Below the pieces are notes generated by a model. That model had not been told where the DNA came from. It saw only the letters and a list, made by a program, of their open reading frames with translations, and ran no database searches. A stretch of DNA of 64,000 bases from Cenarchaeum sp. (lineage in GTDB: Archaea; Thermoproteota; Nitrososphaeria; Nitrososphaerales; Nitrosopumilaceae): contig CBDESU010000002.1 of the NCBI GenBank assembly GCA_965242695.1, positions 320,001-384,000 of the forward strand, in the 5' to 3' direction. Positions 1 to 9,531 of this stretch are shown piece by piece; position 1 is the first letter of the stretch, and each line of letters begins with the position of its first letter. The position numbers were made by a program, and so were the translations under genes.

Positions 1-5
1 ACCTC

Positions 6-692
6 GTGGCGGCGCTGTTTGCAAGGTTCTACTGGGACATGGCCGCCGGACTGGGATCGAGGCACATGCCGCCGCGCATGGCCGATCCCGACGATCCCGA
101 CAAGGACGTGGTCATCGCAAGGCTGATCAAGGAAGAGCTGGAAAAGGAGAAGAGGAGGGATGCGTACAGAGACATGGCCGACGCCGACGGGGACCTTGCG
201 GGTGGAGGGGCCGAGGAGTACCACAGCCGCGGCAGGCGCTCCCACGCCGGCGGCAGGCCGCCGACGCTGAAGGAGCTCGCCTCGGACGAGAAGGCGGGGT
301 TCAGGAAAAAGGTCATCGACGATGCGATCAAGCCCGAGGCCCTCAAGCACCTGCTTACCGACATGGGGGACCTCTATACGATATGCCCCGACGAGGACGC
401 CATATTGCTTGACGCGGGGGCCGCCGCACACATGGAGCGCAACGCCGCGACGATCAGGGCGGCGCTGGGCCACATGATCGTCAAGCGCCTAGAGGCGACC
501 AACCCGTCGGCCCGGCACCAGGCCACCATGGCTGACCTGAGCGCCGAGTACGCCGCCAAGATTGTAAGGGTAAGGAAGCAGGAGGCCAGTGTTGCGCCGC
601 AGGCGCCGCAGCGGGACGACATCAGCCCGCTCTACACGATGTCGCTCGACCTCGCCGCCGGCCTGGCTAGGCTGTCCAAGCCGAGGGAATAG
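6..692 (+). CDS. hypothetical protein (possibly 5'-truncated by window edge)
   Basis: 228-aa ORF with ordinary charged helical composition and GC3-biased codons; no recognisable motif. Confidence 0.6.
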   Translation: MAALFARFYWDMAAGLGSRHMPPRMADPDDPDKDVVIARLIKEELEKEKRRDAYRDMADADGDLAGGGAEEYHSRGRRSHAGGRPPTLKELASDEKAGFRKKVIDDAIKPEALKHLLTDMGDLYTICPDEDAILLDAGAAAHMERNAATIRAALGHMIVKRLEATNPSARHQATMADLSAEYAAKIVRVRKQEASVAPQAPQRDDISPLYTMSLDLAAGLARLSKPRE

Positions 693-788
693 GAGCCGCG
701 GTAGCGGGGGCCCGAAGAGGCGGCCAGCGACGCCAATGGCGGGGCAGGGTGGCCGACTGTGGATCCGGAACGATCGGCGCAGGTGCGC

Positions 789-1097
789 CTATATTTTTAC
801 TATTCGAAAGATGGTGTTCTTGTGCCTGTCGGCGTAGCCCCTGAACACCGTGTGCTGTGCGCGATCTGCATCGTACGAGTCCTCCGTCTCCACCTCGATT
901 ATCTTCGTTGACCCTCCCTTTTTGGCTATGATGTCGGGGCGCCTACGGTTGCCGCCGTTGCGATCGCAGAGGGTGTCAGGGCTGGGATAGCCCGGCACGT
1001 CGGCGCTTACGCTGTAGCCGTCGCCGGCCAGCCTGTCGGCGATGCGCTTTACCTCCCTGTCGTGCCTAGACTGGCCTGACGCGGTACGGCTGGCCAT
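789..1097 (-). CDS. small PD-(D/E)xK-superfamily nuclease-like protein
   Basis: RRPDIIAKKGGSTKIIEVET motif; its start overlaps the upstream gene stop (TGATG). Confidence 0.7.
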   Translation of the reverse strand: MASRTASGQSRHDREVKRIADRLAGDGYSVSADVPGYPSPDTLCDRNGGNRRRPDIIAKKGGSTKIIEVETEDSYDADRAQHTVFRGYADRHKNTIFRIVKI

Positions 1098-1402
1098 CAG
1101 GATTCACCACACGGCGGGGATGTTGAGCCTCTTACATCCTGCTCTATGCTCCTTCTGTAGTCGGCGCCATGGTTGCCCGTGTACAGGACTGCGAATGCTC
1201 GCCGGCCCTCGGTGTTCCGCGTCCAGCACCGCTCGCGGTTGTGGTTGGCTATCCTCGTGGCGACCTCGCTGGACTCGCCGACATCGATGCAGCTGTACGA
1301 TCCATCGTTCTTCGCATCCAAGACGACGTAAATGCCCGGCCGGTCGTCAAGCGCACTCTCGTTGTACGGGCCCTCAAACTCCCAGCTGCCTATTCTCAAC
1401 AT
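1097..1402 (-). CDS. minimal GIY-YIG nuclease-family protein
   Basis: PGIYVVL...IDVGES...RIANH...IEQ motifs; ATG at 1402 lies about 22 nt below TTAAATA. Confidence 0.75.
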   Translation of the reverse strand: MLRIGSWEFEGPYNESALDDRPGIYVVLDAKNDGSYSCIDVGESSEVATRIANHNRERCWTRNTEGRRAFAVLYTGNHGADYRRSIEQDVRGSTSPPCGES

Positions 1403-1423
1403 AAGGGGCGGGCGCCAGGAAGT

Positions 1424-1432
1424 ATATTTAAG
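1424..1432 (-). promoter_or_regulatory. archaeal TATA box (CTTAAATAT) for the GIY-YIG/PD-(D/E)xK operon
   Basis: isolated AT-rich box in GC-rich DNA at leaderless-transcript distance from ATG 1402. Confidence 0.6.
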
Positions 1433-1520
1433 TCTACTGATCGACGATATGACGCCTGCGATCGTGCATAGCATGCCCAAAAGCAGGGCGCCCCAACGCC
1501 CGCGCAGGCCGCCACGCCCC

Positions 1521-2759
1521 CTACCCCTCCGCGCTCCCCGCCGCCCCGGCCCTGACGATCCCGGCCAGGTCCTCGTCGCTCACGTCGTGCGACGAGGACA
1601 GGCACGTCATGGCGACCGCCGCCATGGCCCTGTCGTGCACCCTCTCGTACTCCTCGCCGCCCCCGATGCTCCTGTGCAGCGCGACGGACGCAAGGTACAC
1701 GCACAGCCCGAACCTGGCGTCTATCAGCTCCGCCTCGGCCCCCTTCCTGCCCCCCTTGAACTCCTCCAGGTACGAGCAGTTGCGGTTGACGCGCACCGTA
1801 CTGCCGGCGACGGCCGACACGGTCCTTCCGTTCCACCCCCACTCGCCCCACATCTCCCTCACGACCCACTCAAAGCGCGGCGCCTCCACGCCCCCTCCTC
1901 CCCCCCTGCGGCGGCCGCGGCCGTCCCTCTTGTCGCCGGCGCCCTCCTTCCCGGTGTCGAGGCGCAGCTGTACTGCGCACGCGCGCGGCCCGGCGGCCGG
2001 ACGAGCGGGCGGTGCGTCCAAGCCGCCGGACATCCCGCAACCGCCTCCCCTGGAGGCCACCTTGGACTTGGCTACGCCGCCGAAGGGGCCGCGCGGCGCG
2101 CCCTTGACCGCCCCGGAGCTCGGCGCGCCGATCGAGCCGGCGGTGCGGGCGGCGAACAGAACGCCCCGGCCCAAGCCCGCCTGCCCGCCGCCTCCCGCGG
2201 CCGCATTGATCCCGGCCATCCTGCGCGTCGCCGGCGAGCACTCCCGCCTTATGATGCGGGCAAGATCTTCCTCGTTGCGGCGCGACAGCACGGTGCCGGC
2301 CCAGCCAACGCACTCCTCCGGCTCGGCGCCCGGCGGCAGGTTTGCCGGCCACAGCCAGACCCACCATGCATGGCCGTCCGTGACCGCGCCGATCCACTCG
2401 CGCCGGCCCATGCCGCCGTCCGAGTAGAACCTCCACTGGCGCCTCTCGCCCTCCACGTACCGGCCAACCTGCTCGTACGCCGACTCGCAGCGGCCCGATC
2501 CCGTGCCCCTTTCGTACGGCCCCTTGGAGAGCCTCCCCTGGCGCTTGACCTCTATTATGACGCGCTTGTCGAGGAGGTAGAGGTCCATCCGGCCGGGCGG
2601 GCGGATCGCGCCGCCGGCCGGCCGCTCCTCCGCCCTGATGTGGGCGTCCGGTATGCCGATCTCGCGGAGTCGGGAGCGCACGTGGTAAACTGAATCCGCC
2701 TCTTTGTGCAGGAAAGCCGGCGGCAGGGGAGCCGCGGCGCGCCGGCCCCGGGCGCTCAT
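1521..2759 (-). CDS. HsdR_N/type IIG-like restriction endonuclease domain fused by a low-complexity linker to an unknown C-terminal domain
   Basis: MDL...IIEVKR...EQVGRY...AVTDG.AW motifs; ATG 2759 overlaps the upstream stop (ATGA). Confidence 0.55.
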   Translation of the reverse strand: MSARGRRAAAPLPPAFLHKEADSVYHVRSRLREIGIPDAHIRAEERPAGGAIRPPGRMDLYLLDKRVIIEVKRQGRLSKGPYERGTGSGRCESAYEQVGRYVEGERRQWRFYSDGGMGRREWIGAVTDGHAWWVWLWPANLPPGAEPEECVGWAGTVLSRRNEEDLARIIRRECSPATRRMAGINAAAGGGGQAGLGRGVLFAARTAGSIGAPSSGAVKGAPRGPFGGVAKSKVASRGGGCGMSGGLDAPPARPAAGPRACAVQLRLDTGKEGAGDKRDGRGRRRGGGGGVEAPRFEWVVREMWGEWGWNGRTVSAVAGSTVRVNRNCSYLEEFKGGRKGAEAELIDARFGLCVYLASVALHRSIGGGEEYERVHDRAMAAVAMTCLSSSHDVSDEDLAGIVRAGAAGSAEG

Positions 2760-3499
2760 GCCGCCGCGCACGGCCCGATCCACCCCCTGCATGCCCCGGT
2801 AGCGTCGTCTGTACGGACATGCAGGGTCTCCACACGCATGCGGTCCGCGGGGACAAAGCGAAAGCCCGGCAGGGGAGTCGTCTCCGCCAGGACGGCGGCC
2901 GAGCCGCACGCATAGGAGAGCGGCGGCGCCGGCCCCGCCTGCAGCGCGTTGACAACGTGCCCGTCGTCCGTCTCGAACACGAGGGATGCCATCCTGCCGA
3001 ACATTGCGGCGGCCCCCGGCGCCGCGCCGCATTCGTAGGGCAGGGGATGCCCGCCCACGACGCGGGCGATCCTAGAGCCGTTCCGCATGCGGCGCCGCAG
3101 CCATTCCTGCTCAAGGAATCGAACAAGGCATGCGAAGGGGCGGCCGGGCGGCGCCCGCATCAGCATCCAGCCACTGCCGGGCGCCATCTCCCGCCAGCCC
3201 GGCGAGACGAGGATCAGCACCGCCTCGCCCGCGCTGTAGCGGCCGGCAGCGGCGGCGGCCTGCCGGCAGCGCCAGACATGGCGGATCATGCCGGCCGGCC
3301 CCTCCCATTGCCCGCAAGAGCAGCACCTTGCCCGCCGTGGCGCGCAGGAACCGCCCCACGCGGTGGCCCCTGCGCCGCAGCCGAGTCCCCCTGCGCCGCC
3401 CCTGCCCACTGCGTTCTGCTCCGCTCCCGCCGCGCCGGCGCCCTGCCCGGCATGCTCCTCGCCGCTGCGCGGTGCGAACCGGGGTGCGTCTCTTGCCAT
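2756..3499 (-). CDS. hypothetical protein with putative Zn-binding CSC...H..RC segment
   Basis: protein-like segment CSCGQ...MIRHVWRC...LVRFLEQEWL; 4-nt overlap with downstream gene; start uncertain. Confidence 0.35.
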   Translation of the reverse strand: MARDAPRFAPRSGEEHAGQGAGAAGAEQNAVGRGGAGGLGCGAGATAWGGSCAPRRARCCSCGQWEGPAGMIRHVWRCRQAAAAAGRYSAGEAVLILVSPGWREMAPGSGWMLMRAPPGRPFACLVRFLEQEWLRRRMRNGSRIARVVGGHPLPYECGAAPGAAAMFGRMASLVFETDDGHVVNALQAGPAPPLSYACGSAAVLAETTPLPGFRFVPADRMRVETLHVRTDDATGACRGWIGPCAAA

Positions 3500-3700
3500 G
3501 CAGCCGCGGGCGGGCCGGCTGCATATGACGTGTTCTTGGATCTGTGGTGTCAGCTTGGGCACGGCGTTGCCTGCAACGTCGGGACAGGGTGCCTCCCATG
3601 TCGACCTGAGGCGGCGATCGCGGCCGGTGGCAGGCCCCGGGCACGCATCCACTGCATGTCCGCCAGACGGCTGTAGTGCGGCGGCCGGCGACCAGACCGT

Positions 3701-4192
3701 CTACGATCCCGCTCGTCCACCCCCGCGCACGTAGCAGCCGCGACGGTCGTCAAGATGGCGGCCCGCCAGGCGTCCCTGTAGCCGATCGATGCGGCCGTCA
3801 AGCTCCCCGACCATCTTGTCGCGCTTGTCCTGCGGGACGGCGTCGAACGTATGGGCGCTGGGGCTGCCCCCGGCCCGTGACACCCACTTCTCGACAAGGT
3901 GGGGATTGCATTCAATGGCTGCGTACAGGTGCGTGTACGAGCTGAGGTACTGCTTGTTGTACATTTCCTGGTGGTCCACAAACACGACGTTGTTCTGGGC
4001 GGCGGCCCTAAGCACAAGGGACGCCTCCCTGCCCCTTGAAGACAGGCCCGCATCCTCCAAGAGCTGCCCCAGCGGGATGCTGTCTACGCCTTTGACGGCG
4101 CACCGCACGGCGGCGAGCTCCAGCAGCGTCCTGCGAAGGACGAGGGGGGAGGCATCCTCAAGCCCGTCCATGTCGGAAAATATCGTTCCCAT
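3701..4192 (-). CDS. hypothetical protein
   Basis: protein-like composition from MGTIFSD (ATG 4192). Confidence 0.55.
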   Translation of the reverse strand: MGTIFSDMDGLEDASPLVLRRTLLELAAVRCAVKGVDSIPLGQLLEDAGLSSRGREASLVLRAAAQNNVVFVDHQEMYNKQYLSSYTHLYAAIECNPHLVEKWVSRAGGSPSAHTFDAVPQDKRDKMVGELDGRIDRLQGRLAGRHLDDRRGCYVRGGGRAGS

Positions 4193-4798
4193 GAGGGGCG
4201 CGGCGCAAGGCGGCCATATAGGCCGTTCGCCTGCCGCCTGGGCGCAGGTCCGGCGGGCGGCGCGACACTCCGCCTTCTCACGGCCCCCGCAGCGGCAGGC
4301 AGTCCGCAGCGCGCCGAGCCTGCCGCCCCGTCCGCACATGCGGCAGACGGCGGGCGCGGGCAGTCCGGCGGCGGCTAGCCTTGGCCGCCGCTGTCGTCGG
4401 ACTCTTGCGCAGCCTTCGTGACCTCGCCGCCAAGCGAACGGCGGCGGCGGCGCCGGGGCGCCTCTTCCTCTGGCATTCGGGCAGGCCCCGCATTGCCGGC
4501 GATATACGGGTTGCGGCCGGCCCGGTGGCGGGCTTCTGTCGATCTTCGGCTTGACGCGGTTGCGGTGCAGAGTCCGCCGTCCTGCTGTTTGCATGGCTGT
4601 ACACTTGCGTTCAGGGGCCGAGATGGGCCGCCGCCGCCCGCCAAGGCGCCAAGCACAATGCCGCTACAGGACGGGGCGATCGCCTCGCATCCAAGGCCGT
4701 AACCAGGCAAGCCGCGCCGCATGCTGCTTGGCGGGGCAGGGGCGCGATCGGTGCGGTCGCCGCGGCGGCCCCATGATGACAGGACATCGTGGTCCGGG

Positions 4799-4894
4799 CA
4801 CGCGCGGGTGGTCGTATGCTGGCAGCTGCCGGTCCCGGGCTTGCCGTACGCGGGGAGGTTCGGCCGACACGCGCGGGTGGTCGTATGCTGGCAG
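4799..4894. repeat. 27-bp direct repeat pair separated by 42 bp
   Basis: CACGCGCGGGTGGTCGTATGCTGGCAG at 4799-4825 and 4868-4894. Confidence 0.85.
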
Positions 4895-5065
4895 TGTCAT
4901 CTATCGCAGCCGGGAAGCGGCGGGCCCCGCAGCATGATGCGCCATCCCGCGCCGCGCGCCGCGCGCCGCGCGCCGCGCGCGCACATATGCTGCAAGAGCG
5001 CTGGCGGCGCTGGCGCCGAACCTGCACGCCCCAAGGCCGCATATGTTGGGCCGTGGGGGAATCAC

Positions 5066-5380
5066 GGCGCCGCTGTGCCGTGTGCGGACGCCCGGCCGCG
5101 GCTAGTCCCGGCGCTCGCCTGAGCCAGCTACCACGTGTATGATTTCGCCGCCAATCCGAGTGCGGCGGCGCCGCTGTGCCGTGTGCGGACGCCCGGCCGC
5201 GGCTAGTCCCGGCGCTCGCCTGAGCCAGCTACCACGTGTATGATTTCGCCGCCAATCCGAGTGCGGCGGCGCCGCTGTGCCGTGTGCAGACGCCCGGCCG
5301 CGGCTAGTCCCGGCGCTCGCCTGAGCCAGCTACCACGTGTATGATTTCGCCGCCAATCCGAGTGCGGCGGCGCCGCTGTG
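5066..5380. repeat. 101-bp tandem repeat x3 (+12 bp)
   Basis: units start at 5066, 5167, 5268 and 5369; one mismatch in unit 3. Confidence 0.95.
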
Positions 5381-5455
5381 GACGCTTGTCCTTTTTCTCG
5401 CCGCTCAACGGGCTAGCGCGCAACGTTCATAATATAGGCATTGCGGTTCGGGCGC

Positions 5456-6046
5456 GTGGCCGAGGCAGACGACAATGCAGGGGAGTCCGGGGAGCCGGCA
5501 AAGCCGCCTTGCCGCGATCGCACAAAAATTCCAAGAGAGCTTTATGATGAGGTGCGACGCGGGTTCCACTTCCACGACGATGCAAACACGAGCCTGGATA
5601 AAAAGGCGCAAAACCTGATGCTTGCAACTGCGCTAGTGGCTGCGCTGTTCGCAACTATAACCATAGGCGGCGTATCGAGCCGCCCGGACCAGGATCCTGC
5701 ATGGTTGGCCGCGGCGATCGCCTTCATGGCCGGCATGGTCGCGACCATCGGGTTGTGCGTATGGGTCAACTTTCCGCAACCCCAGCCCGTGTTGATTGTC
5801 GGGGGCAAGCTGCTGCGCAGCGACAGGCTTGACGACGAGGTGTATGAAGAGGTGGTCGGAGGCGGGGAGGAAGAGTACTACAAGGCGCGGATCGAAGAGT
5901 GCGCGCAGGCCTTGACCAAGCAGGAGCGCATAAACAGGAAAAAGGCCAGAGTGCTGCGCGCGGCATATGTTGCGTTTGCCGTGTCTGTTGTCGGGGTCGT
6001 CGTGGGGCTATTTTTTGCGATCGCATCGGTCGTCGGGTACGGCTAG
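5456..6046 (+). CDS. 3-TM membrane protein, Pycsar-effector (PycTM/DUF5706)-like
   Basis: ...LDKKAQNLML + two TM helices, acidic loop, then INRKKARVL + C-terminal TM; TAATATA upstream; paralog at 7664-8239. Confidence 0.6.
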   Translation: MAEADDNAGESGEPAKPPCRDRTKIPRELYDEVRRGFHFHDDANTSLDKKAQNLMLATALVAALFATITIGGVSSRPDQDPAWLAAAIAFMAGMVATIGLCVWVNFPQPQPVLIVGGKLLRSDRLDDEVYEEVVGGGEEEYYKARIEECAQALTKQERINRKKARVLRAAYVAFAVSVVGVVVGLFFAIASVVGYG

Positions 6047-6099
6047 GCGCCCCAAGCGCGCGGCGCAGGCGGCGCAGGCGGCTCCGGCCCCTCCATCTT

Positions 6100-6400
6100 C
6101 CCCCCCTCCCCGCCCGGCCTGCGCCGCGCCGACCCCGTGATCCCGCCCAAGCCCTCGCCGCCCGCGCCGCGCGAGGAGGACGGGCGCGTCGTGGCGACCG
6201 CCGCCGCGGCCCTGTCGCGGATACACTCACGCCCTTCACCGTCCCCGGTCCCCCGTGCAACGCGACGGATGGAAGGTACGCGCACAGCCCGAGCCTAGCG
6301 CCTCCCGCTCCGCCCCGGCCCCCCTTGGACTCAAGGCACGCGCAACGGCGGTCGACGCGGGCGGCGGCGGCTGATACGTCCTCTTGTTCTGGCCCGCCCG
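6100..6400 (-). pseudogene. frameshifted copy of the C-terminal domain of the 1521-2759 gene
   Basis: RVDRRCACLE..GG...ARLGLCAYLPSVALH / RDRAAAAVATT vs RVNRNCSYLE..GG...ARFGLCVYLASVALH / HDRAMAAVAMT, split over two frames. Confidence 0.7.
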
Positions 6401-6771
6401 CCCTGCCTGTCCCCCGCGGCCGCCCGAAGCGCGGCTCTTCACCCCGGCCGCTGTCCGCCACCTCCGCACCCGCCGCGCCTACTGCATCGCGCGCCAATCG
6501 CTCGATCGACAAGTATCGATTCTGCCGCTCCCTCACCCCCTCCCCCCACGACGCTGTCTGCCTGCCCGCCGTCGCCTGCTGGAGGCGGCCCCGCCGCGGA
6601 TGCCGTCAGACATCTGAGCATGCCGGCGGGGGCCCCGTCTGTGTCCATTCCCTCATTTCTTGACCCATTTGCCGCGCGGGCCTTGTCGCGCGGCATGCCA
6701 AGGCCCAACAGTCGATGCGGTCAAGCCCCGTGTCATACGACGCGCCATCTTCGGTCGGGGCGGCGGGCGCA

Positions 6772-7062
6772 TCACTCGTCGCCATGCCGGCCGCGGCTGC
6801 CGTTGCCGTCGTCTAGTCCAGAGCGGTCGTACAGGGCCTTTACCATGCGCTCAATGTTTGCGATGCGCCTGTCCCTCATTGTGCTCCAAATGGCAACCAC
6901 CAGTACGATCAAGGCCCCCATGATGCTAGCCGCTCCAAAGTCTGCAATCTCTGGATCCAGCGTGGGCCAAATGACGAGCAGTCCGATAAAATGGATGCCC
7001 ACTATTGCGGAGCCCAGCAGTATAAAATGCAGCACGGCCGTGCTGTCGTCGCTGAGGCGCAT
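6772..7062 (-). CDS. small 2-TM membrane protein
   Basis: two hydrophobic helices followed by a short amphipathic helix; TAAATA upstream of ATG 7062. Confidence 0.65.
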   Translation of the reverse strand: MRLSDDSTAVLHFILLGSAIVGIHFIGLLVIWPTLDPEIADFGAASIMGALIVLVVAIWSTMRDRRIANIERMVKALYDRSGLDDGNGSRGRHGDE

Positions 7063-7663
7063 GCACCGGATAGCGCAGTGAGCCGTATTTAGGTTCGACG
7101 GCCGGCGCGGCGGGAGTGCGGTGGGGGCAGGACGGAGGCCTTGCAGCTGCGTCCGGCCGGGGCAGTGGAAGGATCGCCTCGGGGATGGAGGCGGGCTCGA
7201 TCGTGTCAACCGGGATCAGGGCCGAACCGAAGAAGACGCGGGCAACAGGGGGCCGCGCATGGCGCGCCCGTCGCCACGGGGCGCGGCCCGCCAACCGGCT
7301 GCATTGGCGGTTCGGTCAGGCGAGTGCAAGGGCAGGCTTGCCTGCGCTGCCGAATATGCAGGGGGAACCGGCGATGGACGCCGCTTCCCGATCTTCGGCA
7401 TGGCGACGAGGAGGCGCCAGGAAGGGCAAGTGGCGTTGCCAGCGGCAGGTACGATTCGCGCCCGCTGCGCCTGCACGAGCACACTGAAAAGTTCTCGGAG
7501 TTCGGCTGAATTATGCTCACGCTCGCCGGGGGTGGCCGATACCTAAACGTCGACAAGGGCTGGCATCGGTCACCGAGCCCAGCGTGCCGTAGGGCACGGC
7601 CACCAACTTTCCACACCGCATCGACTACTCCTGCAACTCCACCGCCAACACAGCCATCGTGTG

Positions 7664-8239
7664 TCACGGCTGAACTGCAAATGTATTTATAACCACGACA
7701 ATGGCAGCAAAACCTGTCATTGCAAACATAGTATACGCAATTGTCAAGAGCCACCCCTTACGCTCGTTTGTTTTTACTAACTTCTCAAGTGCACGAGCGT
7801 ATTCTACGATAAGCGACTTGTAAAAGGCCTCTTCATTTTTGAGCGAATTTGCATACGTCTCCTCGTCAAGCTTGCCGGAACGCAGCAACCGCCCCTCCAT
7901 AATCTGTACACGATAAAATGATGGACTGTTGATAGCTATAGAAAGCCCGATCGTTATAATGGCACCCGTTCCAAAAAGGCAGATCATGAGTTCGATCAGT
8001 TGCCAATTTAGTCGATCTGTTGGGCTCGTCGTGATCACGGTAACGAATAGGGTTGCTATGACCGCCAACGCAATCATGAGGTTTTGCGCCTTCTTTCCCA
8101 TGTTCACACCCGCATTGTCATGAATCCGGAACAGGTCTTTTACTTCTTCGCAGACCCGTCTCGATGGTGATTGTGGATCCTGCCCAGCTTGTCCTGCCGG
8201 CGCCGCCGCATCTGCCGGCCTGCGATCATCCCTGTCCAC
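7664..8239 (-). CDS. 3-TM membrane protein, Pycsar-effector-like (paralog of 5456-6046)
   Basis: KKAQNLMI, LLRSGKLDEE, EYARAL...NERK shared with paralog; lower GC; TAATATA upstream. Confidence 0.6.
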   Translation of the reverse strand: MDRDDRRPADAAAPAGQAGQDPQSPSRRVCEEVKDLFRIHDNAGVNMGKKAQNLMIALAVIATLFVTVITTSPTDRLNWQLIELMICLFGTGAIITIGLSIAINSPSFYRVQIMEGRLLRSGKLDEETYANSLKNEEAFYKSLIVEYARALEKLVKTNERKGWLLTIAYTMFAMTGFAAIVVVINTFAVQP

Positions 8240-8419
8240 AAAGCCGAGCCGCAACCAGCTCTATATTAATGCCTGGAGGCCCGGCCGTGAAGGCTCAAGC
8301 CTCAAGGTGCGTCGGGGCGGTCGCCTTGGCGGCGACGCCGCATCCGGTGCCGGAGCGATCTACTCCGTGCCGCCTCGTTGGGCCGCCATGTCGGTGGCTA
8401 CAGCACGGGGGAAGAAGGC

Positions 8420-9339
8420 GCGGGATGCGGAGGAGGTTGGGCCGTCTGCAAGCCCGCTGCGCACGACTGTAGGATGCATCAACCTGCCGTCAACCTGCGG
8501 CGCCGGCAGGGAGGCGGGGTGCGGAGACGGAGGCCTAGCGCAGTGTGTCGGTGCCGTCGACCTCTACGATCTCAAAGTCAAAGCAGGCCCTGTGCTCGGC
8601 CCGACGTACTCTGCCACCACGTTCGCCATCCACGCCAGCATTCCGTCCCGTTCCTTGCGCGGCAGCCTCCCGCCCCCGGGCGCGAGCCCCTCCGCCCCGC
8701 CGTCGTCGCCGACGCCGATCAGCAGGTCGCCTCCCCTAGAGTTCGCAAAGCTGCACAGCTCTCGCGCTATCTTTTCTTCCATCTTGCCCGCCTTCAAGTC
8801 GACTCCGGGGCGCGAGCCGGGCCACGACTTGAACTCTGGCACGTCCGACTCGTCCCTGGACAGGAGCGACCCGTCCAGGCGCCCGGGCTCCCCTCCCGGC
8901 GCCCCCGCGCCCCCCGCTATCCGCGCGATCTCGTCCAGGAGCAAATCGGGGTCGCGGTAGTCCCACCGCCTCATGAGGGCGCCGTCCAGTGCAGGGATCC
9001 TGTACGCAGCGTAGGAGGGGCGGGTCCTGTGGAGCACGGGAAGTATCCCCATGCGGGCCCTCCCGGCGCCCCGGCCGGAGTCCAGACATCGCGGGGCGGC
9101 CTCCTCGCGCACACCGGGGTGACGACGGCGACCACGTACGCAGAGTCCGCCAGCGCCTCTTTGATCCCGGCCGACACGTCGTCGCCCACCGACAGGCGGG
9201 CGTCGTAGCGCCACACGTTCAGGCCCCTTTGCTCAAGCCCCTCCTCGATCCTCTCCGCAACGCGCCAGCCGTCCCGGTGGACGTAGGACAGGAACACGTC
9301 CCATTGGGGCGCATCGCGCTGCCGCTCCGGATACGTCAT
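8420..9339 (-). pseudogene. frameshifted TIR + Schlafen AlbA_2 fusion
   Basis: WDVFLSY...LNVW..D..LSVGD (TIR), frameshift near 9100, then ILPV..., ESDVPEFKSW...[15 protein letters not shown] (AlbA_2), further frameshift and stop near 8590-8535. Confidence 0.8.
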
Positions 9340-9531
9340 GCCAAGCGCCGGGGCGCGCCTGTGCCTGGCGTTCGCTGTCCTGCGCCGGCCGCACCGCCGG
9401 CAGGTTGATGCGCAAGGGGTATCCGCCGCTAGTCGGCAGGCGGCCAGCCCCAGCGGCCGCCGGCGGCGCCCTGCCACCTTGATGCATCCGGTCGCCGAAG
9501 GTCTCCAGTGGAAGGCCCCCTCCCCCGTTCG

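Noticed and set aside
9503-9515. ORB-like CTCCAGTGGAA motif (also CCAGTGGAAAC at about 63313)
   Set aside because: Isolated copies, one inside a CDS; no cdc6 gene or AT-rich unwinding element
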